Assembly (NCBI GenBank): GCA_965235115.1
Contig: OZ249441.1
Location: 26,350,001 to 26,414,000 of the forward strand
Reading direction: 5' to 3'
From: Laetmonice hystrix
Taxonomy: Eukaryota
DNA: 64,000 nt
Part shown: in pieces, positions 27,019 to 39,680 of the stretch
Numbering within the stretch: the stretch's first letter is position 1
Layout: every line of letters starts with the position of its first letter
Made by a program: the position numbers and the translations under genes
The notes under the pieces: generated by a model
Database searches by the model: none
What the model saw: the letters and a program-made list of their open reading frames with translations, nothing else
Told to the model about the DNA's origin: nothing

Positions 27019-29612
27019 ATGGCAGAGGTTAGACACGCCCAGTCAATCCAAACGTTCGGTTGCCTATAATACGCAGATATGGGTCTGCGAGGTTGTCCGA
27101 TAACATGCCAGTCACATCCGACTGAGATCTGTGTCCGTTTGATTCCAGCCGATAATACTGATCGAGTGTTATCGATCAAGGATCGTCGTGTGGGGGGAGA
27201 AACACTGAGAGATGAATCATTCAAGAAGCTCATACGCTGTGAAATTACCACAGAGTAATTACACAGATTTATCGGATTGAGTATGATCTGTATCTATAAG
27301 GCAAGATTAGGACTACGAAATGTGTTTGACACTTTAAAGAATGGGAGTTGGGCTTCATGCAGAAGGAAGAGCGTACAATGTTCGTGAACACATAGATCGA
27401 TCTTGGGCAGTGTGCAAATGTGATTTTTAACGGCTCCCTGAGTCCCCCCTGAAAACTCTTTTTTTACCCCATGGATCCCTACCAAATCACATTGACAGGG
27501 TATCTAAAAGGTCAAAAGGTAAGTTATAATAGTATATGATTAATGTTATATTCTCAGTGCGATCAAACGTCTGTGACAACCCACATATACAGGAATGGAT
27601 CCCAATCAATGAACCCCACCATCACCTGGCTCACATCGATTCATTTCTTTCTTCACCATGCGTTGATATCGACCAGTGAAGACCTCGTAACTTCAACCCT
27701 CTATACTCTCTTCACCGGCCGACGGTCAATAACCCATCTGAGAGAATTCACGCGGCCATGTAATAATGGACCAATGAAAGACAGCCAGACGGGGGATTCG
27801 ACCAAATCAAAAGTCCGGGCGTGACTGACATAGATCCAAGCCGTTCTGATCGGCATTTATATCCTTTAATCGTGCCAGTCAGTTAGAATGGAGACAGATT
27901 TCCCTTTCCAACGTGTGACATGAACAGGCTGATAGGTCTGTGGTCCTTTTACATCCCCGCTGTATCCGCTACTGTACCATCTCGGATTCTTCATATTAGG
28001 ACACGATGATTGCTTCCTTGCTTCTCCCTCTGGGCCGGGCTCCAATAAAGATATGAACCTATCTATTGTAGGCATTACGGCACGGTGTATAGACTATATC
28101 TTTGTCTAGTCCATGCTGTACCTATAACTTGTTTGGATGAGACTACAATGCCATCAAGCTCAGGGGGCTTACGTTGATTCTAATGGCTACCCTCCCCCTT
28201 TTTGTGTGAGAAAATTCTCGGTCCGCCCCAAAGTGTTTCGAATTAATATGCCATTAGATAGTTAGGCTAGACGCCTGCTGCCCTAAGTCAACATTCCTGT
28301 CAGCAGTGTAACTGTGTCAACGTCTGTGTACAGAAGTTGGACTGATTGATGTTGCCTCCTGTACTCATGGGTCTCTGCCTCTATTTCTCTGAGCTGTCTA
28401 TATACACACCCACTCACATCAGGATGAGTATATGTCAAAGTCACGTACGGTGTATAGCTGCGATGCCAACGCCCCTAGGCGTATAGACCCCTTCTGTATA
28501 TACTGCGCCGCCCCCGTGGCAGCTGATGAGGGTGCAGAGAGTGGTACATAGGAAGGGTGTTGGTAAAACAGAGGTGAACGTAGTCAGTAGCAGCAGATAG
28601 AGCAGCAGATGCCCAGAAGCTATATAAGAAAGAATATAAGAAGAAATCGGTGGGGTCCAGAGTCAGTCACTAGAACAATCGTCATTTTCATAAAACACAT
28701 CCGTACAGATTCTCAGCGGACTCGGAGCCCGCGAGGTTTGGAACGAGATGAAAGGCAGAGGATGACACCGACCGATTTTGTCACTTTCCGTGCAAGGCAA
28801 CGCTTTGTCTTTGCTGGTTTCGGAGGCGTAACGGAGTCGAGGCTTTTTTTTCCTTGGAGATACCAATGGCTACAGAAAGACGGCCGTGGCCTTGAAAATA
28901 TGGTCTGAGATAGCGCCCGTCCTAGTAATTACCTAGCGGAGATGCCGCCACATATTTTGACCGCAAATCGCATTACAAAAGGACGTATCCCGCAGAGAAA
29001 TCGCAGCGGGTGCCAGGGAAAAACGCGTCCTTCATTATAAACTTTGCTGCATGCTGCAAACGCTGCACGACTATAAATTCGCGATGACGTTTGTTCGTGG
29101 TATGTAATTCAGGACTCGGGATTCTAACTACGCTGACCTCTGCGACTGAGTGGCCTGTAGCTACACTTGAGAAAGAAAAGCTTCGTGGGCAGAGAGACTT
29201 GAGCCAAATATCTTTTTAAACGATGGATTTTTGGCCCGACTTCTATCAAGATTAGAGGAAGTTCTCAAGGAGGTCGTATAGCCAGTATATTATAGGCCAA
29301 TCCCCGTGTCTGATCTCCGTCCGTCCGTCATTAACGTGGTGTTTTGATTCATGAATCTGTCATTACACTACAGACAGAAAAATATGAAGACTGCTATAAC
29401 AAATGTTTCTTCGGTACAACATCAAACCGTGGGCAACTATAAACACTAGAATCAGTTGACTTTAACCATGTGATAGCTTTTTTTGTCATTATTCCATTGC
29501 AATTTAAATAGTATGGGTGTAGTATATGACCTTCCCATTTAACAAAGTACACCTGTATTGGCAAGGCCCCTTGATACGGCTACAGTGGGCCCCCTTGTAA
29601 TTTTGCCGTTAA

Positions 29613-30254
29613 GAAAACATACCTTGGGATCAGAGGAAAACATACCTTGGGATCAGAGGAAAACATACCTTGGGATCAGAGGAAAACATACCTTGGGATC
29701 AGAGGAAAACATACCTTGGGATCAGAGGAAAACATACCTTGGGATCAGAGGAACACATACCTTGGGATCAGAGGAAAACATACCTTGGGATCAGAGGAAA
29801 ACATACCTTGGGATCAGAGGAAAACATACCTTGGGATCAGAGGAAAACATACCTTGGGATCAGAGGAAAACATACCTTGGGATCAGGGGAACACATACCT
29901 TGGGATCAGAGGAAAATATACCTTGGGATCGAGGAAAACATACCTTGGGACCAGAGGAAAACATACCTTGGGATCAGAGGAAAACATACCTTGGGATCAG
30001 GGGAACACATACCTTGGGATCAGAGAAAAACATACCTTGGGATCAGAGGAAAACATACTTTGGGATCAGAGGAAAACATACCTTGGGATCAGAGGAAAAC
30101 ATACCTTGGGATCAGAGGAAAACATACCTTGGGATCAGAGGAGAACATACCTTGGGATCAGGGGAACACATACCTTGGGATCAGAGGAAAACATCTTGAG
30201 ATCAGAGGAAAACATACCTTGGGATCAGAGGAAAACATACCTTGGGATCAGAGG
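29613..30254. repeat. Minisatellite, 23-bp unit GAAAACATACCTTGGGATCAGAG, ~28 copies
   Basis: Directly visible tandem array with few variants (e.g. GGGGAACACAT, occasional 1-bp or larger deletions). It generates the spurious 213-223 aa ORFs. Confidence 0.97.
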
Positions 30255-33200
30255 ATCAGGCCCCTACATTCTCACGCGCGGTACAAAATGATGCGGATCT
30301 ATAGGAAACACTTTGCCATTTTCTTCTTACGATGCCCCTAGTCAGTGTAAGCGACCGCTTTGCACGGATTGTCATCTGCATGCGACCTCGCCAGCTTACA
30401 TTTATTAACATGTGGAGGCCACGCGGGCACGGGGGGAGGGGGCTCCGACCTGCTGCCCACTGCCATTTCTTTCGTCGTAGGATTTCTTCTGTACTGTTCT
30501 GTCGACATTTGGGATCAAGGCATTGCCTGAGGGACTAGGTTTGTCCTCAGTGAAAGGAACATCATTTGAGAATGGAGAGGTCTGATTTTGGAGAATCGCC
30601 GAGATCTCCTGTGACATTCCAGTATAGCAGATATCAAAAAGCAGATCTGCCCAGAGGGGAAGTAAAAGGATATTGCCAGAGCATTAATCAAACAGCACAG
30701 TAAACTATGTACAATAAATAATATGGAAATCCGCACACTCCAATGGATTATCTTCATAGTGAAAGGAGAATTAAAGGCAAACGTGGAAGTGTAAAGAAAT
30801 AGTTGATAAGTTGCATTTTCAACAGTAAAAATAGAATGTATGCATTTAAAAGGTTGAGCTAACCAAAGCGTGCGCTTCTAAATTACCTTTTTGTTTTGCG
30901 TCATCATTCATGAATATTTTCGTGTAAAATATTACTTTCGCCTCAAAAAGATCCAATCAACACTGAAATAGAACCGCAGGTGGTTAGAAGGGAGTGTATC
31001 AAATCTAAACGTCAGAGGAAGTGTGGATGTACTGTTACAGTAGTGAACAGTCTCTCTCTCTCCTTGTGTGTTCTGACAAAATGGCGCGCCGGTTAGAGCA
31101 CAACTGCTAATTCCGGGAGGCAGGTTGAGAAAGAAATTGCCGGCAGCCCGATTTAGGTATTGCTATAGGGCTCGCATTATATTTCATTTTGTAAATGTCA
31201 ACTGAAGCAAACATTAAAACAGAATACACGCCGCCATCCCTTCCTTCCAGTATGCATGTATCGTATTCATGTCCGCAAGTTAGATGGAAAAACAAAGGCC
31301 TGCTTAGTCTGGCCATAACAGGATTACTGGGGTAGAATGGATCTATCCCATCAGTAGCCTGAAAACCTCCGCTGTGAGAATGTACCGGCTTTCATATCTG
31401 AGATCGAATGAGACACGAATGGAGTTAGATCTAACAGCCAGCACTGACAGTCTGAAGGGTCTTACCAAAATATAGAATAATCTATTTATAAGCAACATGA
31501 CGTCACATATCGTCTGCATTATGGCATGAATCTATGATTTTGAAAGGGTGAGAATACGAGAGGAAAAAGGGGGTCTATCAAGGGCCGAGCAAGGACCATT
31601 TTGTTTTAAAAAGGGGGTAAAAAGAAGGCCTGGACCCTTGAAAGTATTTTTTTCTTTCTGAAGCAATGTAGGCTGTATATCTATAGAACAAATACACGCC
31701 ATGACACGGCCGAGGGTAACTCGGGATATACACGCTTAATGGTGGCGAAGCCGTGATTCATAGAACATTGCACGAGTTAGACCAATATGTTTATTCTGGC
31801 GCCGTGCAATGATTAACAGTCCAATCAATATGAGGTGGTGTCTACACGAATTGATAAACATGACTCTCGAGAATTTGTATGAAATATAACGAGGGGGGTT
31901 GTTGTTTCTATATAGATAAACCCACACGTGGCATTTCAAAAAAATATACTCATACCGGTGTTACGTACCCCTTTATATGGGTTTACTTTTAGAGGGGCCG
32001 GACGACGCCATGGGATAGATATTAACCACCAAGTAGGTGATGGATGGATTAAAGATTTGGGTCACATCTCTTGTCATTACCTCTACCCATAATTCAACAG
32101 GTTCGGTGTGCTCCACTTCCGTTTCATGAAGGTTTATTACAGCAGCTTTATCGGCGTCGTGGATCAGAAAGGAAAAAACACCCGGCCAGGGATTTTTGTC
32201 TGAATGCCATCTTCATTGGTTATTACGTTCTAAAGATTCCACAAAACGTCTGGCCTGGATTCCAACGGTCATTTGAATTATCATCGACATTGTAAATGAG
32301 GAGTAAAAGGACTAGAGAGACGGCTTGTCTATGCAAAACGTGTTGACTCATCGTTGGTGGATGGCGTGAACTAATCGCTGACGTTCCACAATGGTCGTCT
32401 GCTATTGACAAAACACGTGAGACGGACAAAGGTGTCGACAGCAATGTCAATATGGCGCAATGTTGGCAGCCTATCCCGAAACATGCAACGCCATGATGCG
32501 GTAAAACAGGAAGGCAACCCATTTGCATGTATCTCTTTGCAAGTTAATACCACAGTCGCCATGGCACCCACAGCAATGAATTCTTGCTGAGTTTTATCGG
32601 CCAGCAAAAGCTGGTTGATTCCTCTTGAATATTGCTTCAGAATATTGAAGGGAAACGATGGCGGGCATTGGGTGGTATCCGTAACGATGTAAGGACATCA
32701 CATTGATCCTAAATCCTAGGTGCCTTTTTAAGGCTGGCCTAATTATTGCCACTTTGTTGTCCTTTGATGGGATCCAGCCTTGAAACCGGTCCAACAGCCC
32801 CGCTCCTATCTAAGCTTTCCGCTACCACGCCATTTCTGCATTATCAAGTCACGGCTGGGTTCCTTCGGCCTTGTATCGAATTAAGTCCATTACGGTAGCT
32901 TCCGTTGAGGGAAGCGACTCGTTGAAGACAATGTCAAAGCAAGCAGTATACCGTGGTGCTTAATTGAGCTAAACGAAAAGGGTGCTTGTAGGCTACACGC
33001 ACTCTAGCGGCACTCTGGGAGGCGTAAATACACTTAGCGGGGAAGCATTCTAAAAATCATATAGAGGGGTAATGGTCTAATATAGAGTGCAATGGATTTC
33101 CGTATGGCTATATATAGCATTCCATAGATGTAGATGTATATACGACCCTAATCGCGTGAAAACTCATTGCGAAGAGTGGTGGTGGTGGGGTGTAGGTGGT

Positions 33201-33411
33201 TCCTAGGATGATGAAATGTGATAATGGCGGGAAGAGACACAGCATATCCTCATTATTAATGTAGAGGCGGCCGTATATTGCACAGGTACACCGGGTGCGT
33301 GACATCATGCCATGCAACGATGAAATAAATAGCGCATATCCTTTTTTCACATTCCCCAAAAATAATCGCCAGCGCCAACGTGTCTGCGTGGTCGTTCAAC
33401 AATCATATTGT

Positions 33412-33542
33412 NNNNNNNNNNNNNNNNNNNNNNNNNNNNNNNNNNNNNNNNNNNNNNNNNNNNNNNNNNNNNNNNNNNNNNNNNNNNNNNNNNNNNNNNN
33501 NNNNNNNNNNNNNNNNNNNNNNNNNNNNNNNNNNNNNNNNNN
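33412..33542. other. Assembly gap (131 N)
   Basis: Run of N. Confidence 1.
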
Positions 33543-33699
33543 AAAATGTGCATGACATATTATTACCTTTCTCTATTTCTTCCGTTGTTTCTTCCTCTTG
33601 GCCGACTCAGTGCAGTTTATATATGCCTACTTAAAAAGTAGTAACATTCAATATTTCATTTTGAAAGCGACTAAATTGAAAAGTTTAAGGTCACGCGAC

Positions 33700-34140
33700 T
33701 CAGTGAAACTAGGTAAAATCGCAAATCTTTTGAATATCCTTTGTATAGCTGCTATGGAGGGCTTCGGTAGGAAATTTGGTGAAAATCTTACGAAAACTTG
33801 TCGAGGAGTGGGGGTTTAAGCGTTTTTACCTTTGACCTATCTAGCAAAGGTCAAAGCTCAGAGAGGAAATTGTTAGACTTATGACGTCATATTTCAATGA
33901 CGTGACGTCATAGGACATCATGAAAACTCACCAGGCGTACTAGGCACATGGCCAACATGCTCACTATGTTTCATGGAAATATCTTCCAAACTGAGCGAGA
34001 TAGCACTCTATCAATTAAATGTTTGCTACAATGTAAAAAGCAGAAGAAGAAGAAGAAGAAGAAGAAGAAGAAGAAGAAGAAGAAGAAGAAAAACAAGAAG
34101 AAGAACAAGAACAATAAGAACGAGAACAAAAACAAGAATA
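33700..34140 (-). mobile_element. Possible non-autonomous Helentron-associated (HINE/DINE-1-like) fragment
   Basis: On the minus strand, (TTC)n is followed by sequence with ATGACGTCA repeats, a CTTTGACCT/AGGTCAAAG inverted pair (33830-33856) and GATTTTCACCAAATTTC. I associate these motifs with invertebrate HINE-type repeats from pattern recall only. The ends are not defined. Confidence 0.3.
34043..34139. repeat. (GAA)16 microsatellite with degenerate AAC/AAG tail
   Basis: Pure GAA from 34043 to 34090, degenerate to ~34139. Confidence 0.97.
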
Positions 34141-34202
34141 TTGTACACGAAACTATACAATTTCATAATCGATAATAAAAAAATGAAACTGTGTAGACCT
34201 CG

Positions 34203-34943
34203 CATGGGTCCGCTCTGTAGGCCCCTCCCCCCCCCCCGCCGTGGACCGGAGTGACCGCCAACTCCTGCTGTCCCATGGGTCCGCTCTGTAGGCCCCTCCC
34301 CCCGCCGTGGACCGGAGTGACCGCCAGCTCCTGCTGTCCCATGGGTCCGCTCTGTAGGCCCCTCCCCCCGCCGTGGACCAGAGTGACCGCCAACTCCTGC
34401 TGTCCCATGGGTCCGCTCTGTAGGCCCCTCCCCCCACCGTGGACCAGAGTGACCGCAACTCCTGCTGTCCCATGGGTCCGCTCTGTAGGCCCCTCCCCCC
34501 GCCGTGGACCAGAGTGACCGCCAACTCCTGCTGTCCAATGGGTCCGCTCTGTAGGCCCATCCCCCCACCGTGGACCAGAGTGACCGCAACTCCTGCTGTC
34601 CCATGGGTCCGCTCTGTAGGCCCCTCCCCCCGCCGTGGACCAGAGTGACCGCCAACTCCTGCTGTCCCATGGGTCCGCCCTGTAGGCCCCTCCCCCCGCC
34701 GTGGACCAGAGTGACCGCCAACTCCTGCTGTCCCATGGGTCCGCTCTGTAGGCCCCTCCCCCCACCGTGGACCAGAGTGACCGCAACTCCTGCTGTCCCA
34801 TGGGTCCGCTCTGTAGGCCCCTCCCCCCACCGTGGACCGGAGTGACCGCCAACTCCTGCTGTCCTATGGGTCTGCTCTGTAGGCCCCTCCCCCCACCGTG
34901 GACCAGAGTGACCGCCAACTCCTGCTGTCCCATGGGTCCGCCC
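34203..34943. repeat. GC-rich minisatellite, ~65-66-bp unit, ~11 copies
   Basis: Unit CATGGGTCCGCTCTGTAGGCCCCTCCCCCCGCCGTGGACCAGAGTGACCGCCAACTCCTGCTGTCC, repeated about 11 times with variable poly-C length and a GACCGC(C)AAC indel. Confidence 0.97.
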
Positions 34944-35067
34944 TATTCACCCCAACCCCTTCTCCATACAGGGCCGAGGGGGGGGGGGGGCAGGTGAGGC
35001 CGACCCCACCCGCCGATACACCCTTCACTTGTAGGGATGGGGGAGACAAACAGGCCGTTTGTCTTGT

Positions 35068-35169
35068 CCGGTCGTCCGGCCACGGCTGCCCGCCAACCAC
35101 CGGGTGATGGGCAGCCGGTCGTCCGGCCACGGCTGCCCGCCAACCACCGGGTGATGGACAGCCGTCCGG
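35068..35169. repeat. 47-bp GC-rich tandem duplication (2 copies plus partial)
   Basis: CCGGTCGTCCGGCCACGGCTGCCCGCCAACCACCGGGTGATGG(G/A)CAG at 35068 and 35115. Confidence 0.9.
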
Positions 35170-38100
35170 TGGGAGGGGACCGTTCCCCAATAGAATGATT
35201 TATTGTTTTTCCAACACCCTTCTACCTTAAGGTCATCTGAAGGTTTGGTTTACGGACATTTTTGGGAAGAAAATAAGGTCAGTAAGAGGGACAAAGAGAA
35301 AAGCGGTATGAATACATGGATTTGGCTAAAGTTCCTGATTGTAATGCTACATACAGTACACCATGTTTCAGGTCATGTAATATACTGAGCTAATTCTTTT
35401 TTGATTTTTTTTCTTCTTCTGGCATATTCATTTATTTCTTGGTATTAAAGCAGACCCACGTTTCAGAAAAATTAGAATTGGATTTTTCACCAAATTTAGG
35501 ACATTTCTGGTCGGGGAGTGCACAAACCAAACTATTAATCAAGTATGCCCTAACCAGTGTTGCGCCTTTGACCTGGACGACTACTGTTCTGAACCCAGCA
35601 GCCCATCACAACCCTATTCAAAAGACACCTGGGATGTGTACAAGGCACGCTTTAAAAAAATGGCCACTTGAAGAAGCTCGGGGCAGATCCGCGACATCCA
35701 TCCATAAAGAATGCCGCACAATAAGCACGAACCCACGCCGAAATGAATAATACACTTGGTAATTGCCCGGTGAAGATGGCTGCAGATCCTCGCGAGTCAT
35801 TCCACCAAATCCTTTGTTCAGTCAAACCAATTCAGCACGTTCTTTTGTAGATCTGTACCTCGCATGGATGATGGTATGAAAACATGCCTCAACCTTCTTC
35901 TGCATTACAATAAACATGAAACGTAATTACTTGTTTTTGTATCCAACCAAATTGCCGATAAATAGGGTGATTTTGTAACTTTTCAGTTGTCCAGTGCACT
36001 CTCTTTTTTTTAAATATTCCATGTGAAGCCTTTTCGGGATTTCCAAAATTACGTTGCACATCAGACAGTCAGCTGGATAGTGTATTAAAACACTATTTCA
36101 TACTGCAAGCCGAATATGATACGTTGTGTAAATTTTTAAGTAAATACGAATTATGGAGAATAACGTCCTGTATGTATAACATTTTGTTTTGAGAATGAAA
36201 TCGATTACTCGTACAAACATATACTTAGTACCCGAACAATTATATACCTTCAAAGGAGATTCCAAAATTAGCTCCCATGTACAGGACCATGGACAAACGG
36301 GATAACGTCTGGCCATTCAAGCCGCAGTCTCCCGTCTGCTGAACCGGTCACGCTATTCTGGGATTTATTGTAATGAGAGGGGGCGCACCAACCCCTAGCT
36401 GGACGAAAGGTCAACTGGTGCGAGCAGACGGAAAATCAACCTTAAAAGTAGTCTGAACACAATGAGTAAAATAGCAACAAAAGAAGGTGCACGGCACGGA
36501 ACGTACGATGTATCGATCTGTTTGCTCCTGGGATTTAAAAGAGATGATTGTTGTGAAGTCTTCAGTTGTGGGATAACTTATGAGAGTTTCTAACATGACT
36601 GTATATACAACTGGTAATTGAACACTAGTTCTCCATTAAATCGATGAATAAAAACTTAAAGAAAGTTGAGAAACTTTATGTCCTCATCGACTTTTACACG
36701 ACGAACTCGCCATAATAAACTGCGTCACGGGTATTTATTGCACGGCGGTATACGTGGGTGGCTATGGAGGAGTGACAGGGAGAGAGGTTGTTTGATATAA
36801 GTTTCAACATGCTCGTAGGCGTGAGATACACAAAACCAAACTAATGGACTTACCCATGGCTATTAAAACTCAAATGAATACCAACAACATGGATCTGAAT
36901 CAATGAGTTCTGGCCTTGGCCAAGCCCATGCACGCAGATGCCTCGCTACTATACACAAAGCCGCATACAAAACGCACATTAAACATGCTGCCAGAAATTT
37001 GACTCGCCCTCGGATACTGAAATCTTTGTACCTCTTCGCACCAAGATAAATCTCCATGCCAACTTTTACAACTGTTCCTATGCCAGCGACGTGATCTTAC
37101 ATTTGATCTGAACACATTTGGTATCTGGAGATTTATGTTGTAAATAAAGCGGCTGAATGGTTACGGGAGAGGGAGAAAGAGAACGCCTACGCTACAGCTA
37201 CCTGTCCATCCCATCGAGCAGTCCAAATAAATAACCAGACACTTTCTGATGCCAGTTAGTGAACCTACTAAACATTTCACGGTTTGTGCAGTTCTAAGGT
37301 AATAAAAGTTACATGGATCCATGAAATCTTCATCGTATTCTCTTCTTATGTTGTATAAGGATGAAAGGTATACAGCGTGACCGACAGTGACACCATGACA
37401 ACATACTGTGTTCAGGTCAGGCTGGCTGTATAGGCCCTATCAAAATGAATAATAATATATCAGCATATAGGTATATACGAATATGCTATATACAGGCCTA
37501 CATACCATATACCTACATAGCGACGCCGAGCTACATATATAGGTATATACAAAGGTACACCCATATTGATATACATACGTACTACATGGTTGACGAAAAG
37601 TTCACTGGGTTAAGCCGTCCGTTCATGGCCGAGATAGCTCTAGAGTTCTTCAATGAACATTTTAATTCAATATTTAAAAAATACATACATAGGCCCCCTA
37701 CAAATCTTACTACGGTATGCTATATGCTGTGTAAATGTTATATACTATACATATACTACAGTATCTAGTATACAGACATCATACTCCATACAGTGTATAC
37801 CCATATACCGATATCCACACGACCATTGGCCCTGGGGCCTGGATTAAGTATCATTACCGAGTCCCTGCGACACACAGGGACTACATTTAGTCCTGTATCA
37901 GACCTCATCAGCAAACATTTATCTACAGTACACCAAACGATTTAAGCGCCAAGATCAGAGACCAGCCCTCGGGGGGTTCGATCAGTCTCGGATAAACGGG
38001 GGCCCGAGCGTGGGCAGACGGAGATAGGAGATTCTCCCGGGGCAAGACTTGAGGATCTTTGATCCTTTGTCACACCTATAGTGTGGTGATTTCGTGCCTT

Positions 38101-39537
38101 ATCGACCCGATATAGGCTGAGGTTAAATCTATACTCTCCGGTAGATAATATTCACAGGATATATATATACTGTAACCTTTCAGGGTAATTGCCCTCGTGG
38201 CACAACAAAGAGATCTTTAGGTCCGTGAGAAGCTTGATGTTTGGCTGTATATTGTATCGTTAAGTCGCTCTTTAAAAGATGCTGCGATGAGATTGCACAG
38301 GATTCGACAGGTGTCAGACTATTTGACGCCTAAGCAACCAAAGAAATAACTATACACAGTGCATGGGTTATAATACTGGTTAAGGCGTCACAGTGTATTA
38401 CACAGTATATTACATAACATAGCTAGGATTATGTGGTATATCTTTATATTAGATTTGGCAATGGATAAGGTACACATGCTTTTCAGATATGAAAATCATG
38501 CCATAGGCGGCCAGGTTTGAATATTAAGTAAAGATGTTAATCTCGTATGTTCAGTATATACAAGAGCGTGTGACCCTTACATATTTTTCAAGATGTCATC
38601 CATTAAAGTTAAAGTGTAAAGAAAACCATGCTTCGTACTTTACCAGAATTGTGTTTATTCTCGCCGTATATAACATTTGGACATTAACAACTGACATAAA
38701 GAGTTCGGCCCCACGTGCGGATGGCAAACCGTTTGGCTGGGCTCCGTGAAAACCAAGGCGACGGTAAGTTTAGTGGCGGTGGGTTTCATTGACCTTTCTC
38801 TGGTATATTCTTGTACCACCAGTGCCTGTTTATGGGTGGTTCTAATCAGGGACCACAGCTCCCGAACCCGGCCGACGGAACCTCATGTCAACACACATTA
38901 ATCCCATGACAGTCAGCTCCCCTTTCTCATCCATAAGTTTTGATTCCTAGACAGGAGAGCCAATTGATTCCATGCCTGCGAAAAGGTCAACATCGCCAAA
39001 ATATGGTAGAGGCAATTAAGGTGCCGTCTTAGGAGAAGGTAAGCCGGGTATTGCCAGGGATGTCATTATAGCTCCTTTGTTGAGGGCGACAAAGGTCTGC
39101 CATAGCTGCAGATAAGTGATATATGTCAACTTGCCGGGTCGGCCGATTTGGGAATTCCTGAAAAGCAATTTGGTGTGTCGTTAGCCAGGGGAAGTGCTTA
39201 GATCTCATTACCATCAGAAAGGCGGCCTGAGTGCGCGCTCTCCCCTTTGACTGCTTTGGTTGGGAGCAAATTTACCGTGGAAGCTGACCATTCAAGTCGC
39301 TCGTGGATGCCTTGCAGCAGCCAAGAATTGGGGTTGTGTTGTGTAATCGGGCCGGTTGTCCCCCAACAAATGCCCTAAAATGATGATGGATGACGTGACA
39401 GGTGATAACCATCAGGACTTCTCCGTCCTCTAACGGCAAGGTTTGCGAAATCAAGAACCAAAACATGACCGTGATTCTGGTGAGAGGACTAAGCGGCACT
39501 GTGTAATATGTAGAACAGCAAGCCGTAGACTTGTCCT

Positions 39538-39680
39538 GGGTGGGGGCGGGGGTGGGAGGAGGGGGGGGGGGCGGGGCGTTCAGTACTATCCCACCGCTCA
39601 CGGCAAACCGTGATTGACAACAGAGGCTGGGTTGGCCGCTCTCTTCAAAGGCGGACGAATCTACGGCGGAGCGACTACGC
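39538..39680 (+). promoter_or_regulatory. Candidate GC-box promoter region of fz9/10
   Basis: G-rich tract with GGGGCGGGG Sp/KLF-type boxes (39543-39577) followed by CpG-rich sequence, about 650-800 bp upstream of the ATG. It includes a TCF/LEF-like CTTCAAAGG at 39643-39651. The TSS cannot be determined from sequence. Confidence 0.4.

Noticed and set aside
29558-30341. 213-223 aa ORFs in all three plus frames
   Set aside because: They are translations of the 23-bp tandem array, whose unit lacks plus-strand stops. There is no domain signal.
9236-33641. ORFs containing X runs near 9.3, 22.7-23.0 and 33.4-33.5 kb
   Set aside because: They are open only because they span N gaps.
33948-34997. 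Poly-Lys/poly-Arg ORFs and long Gly- or Cys/Pro-rich ORFs
   Set aside because: Products of the (GAA)n tract and the 66-bp minisatellite; frames shift with unit-length variation.
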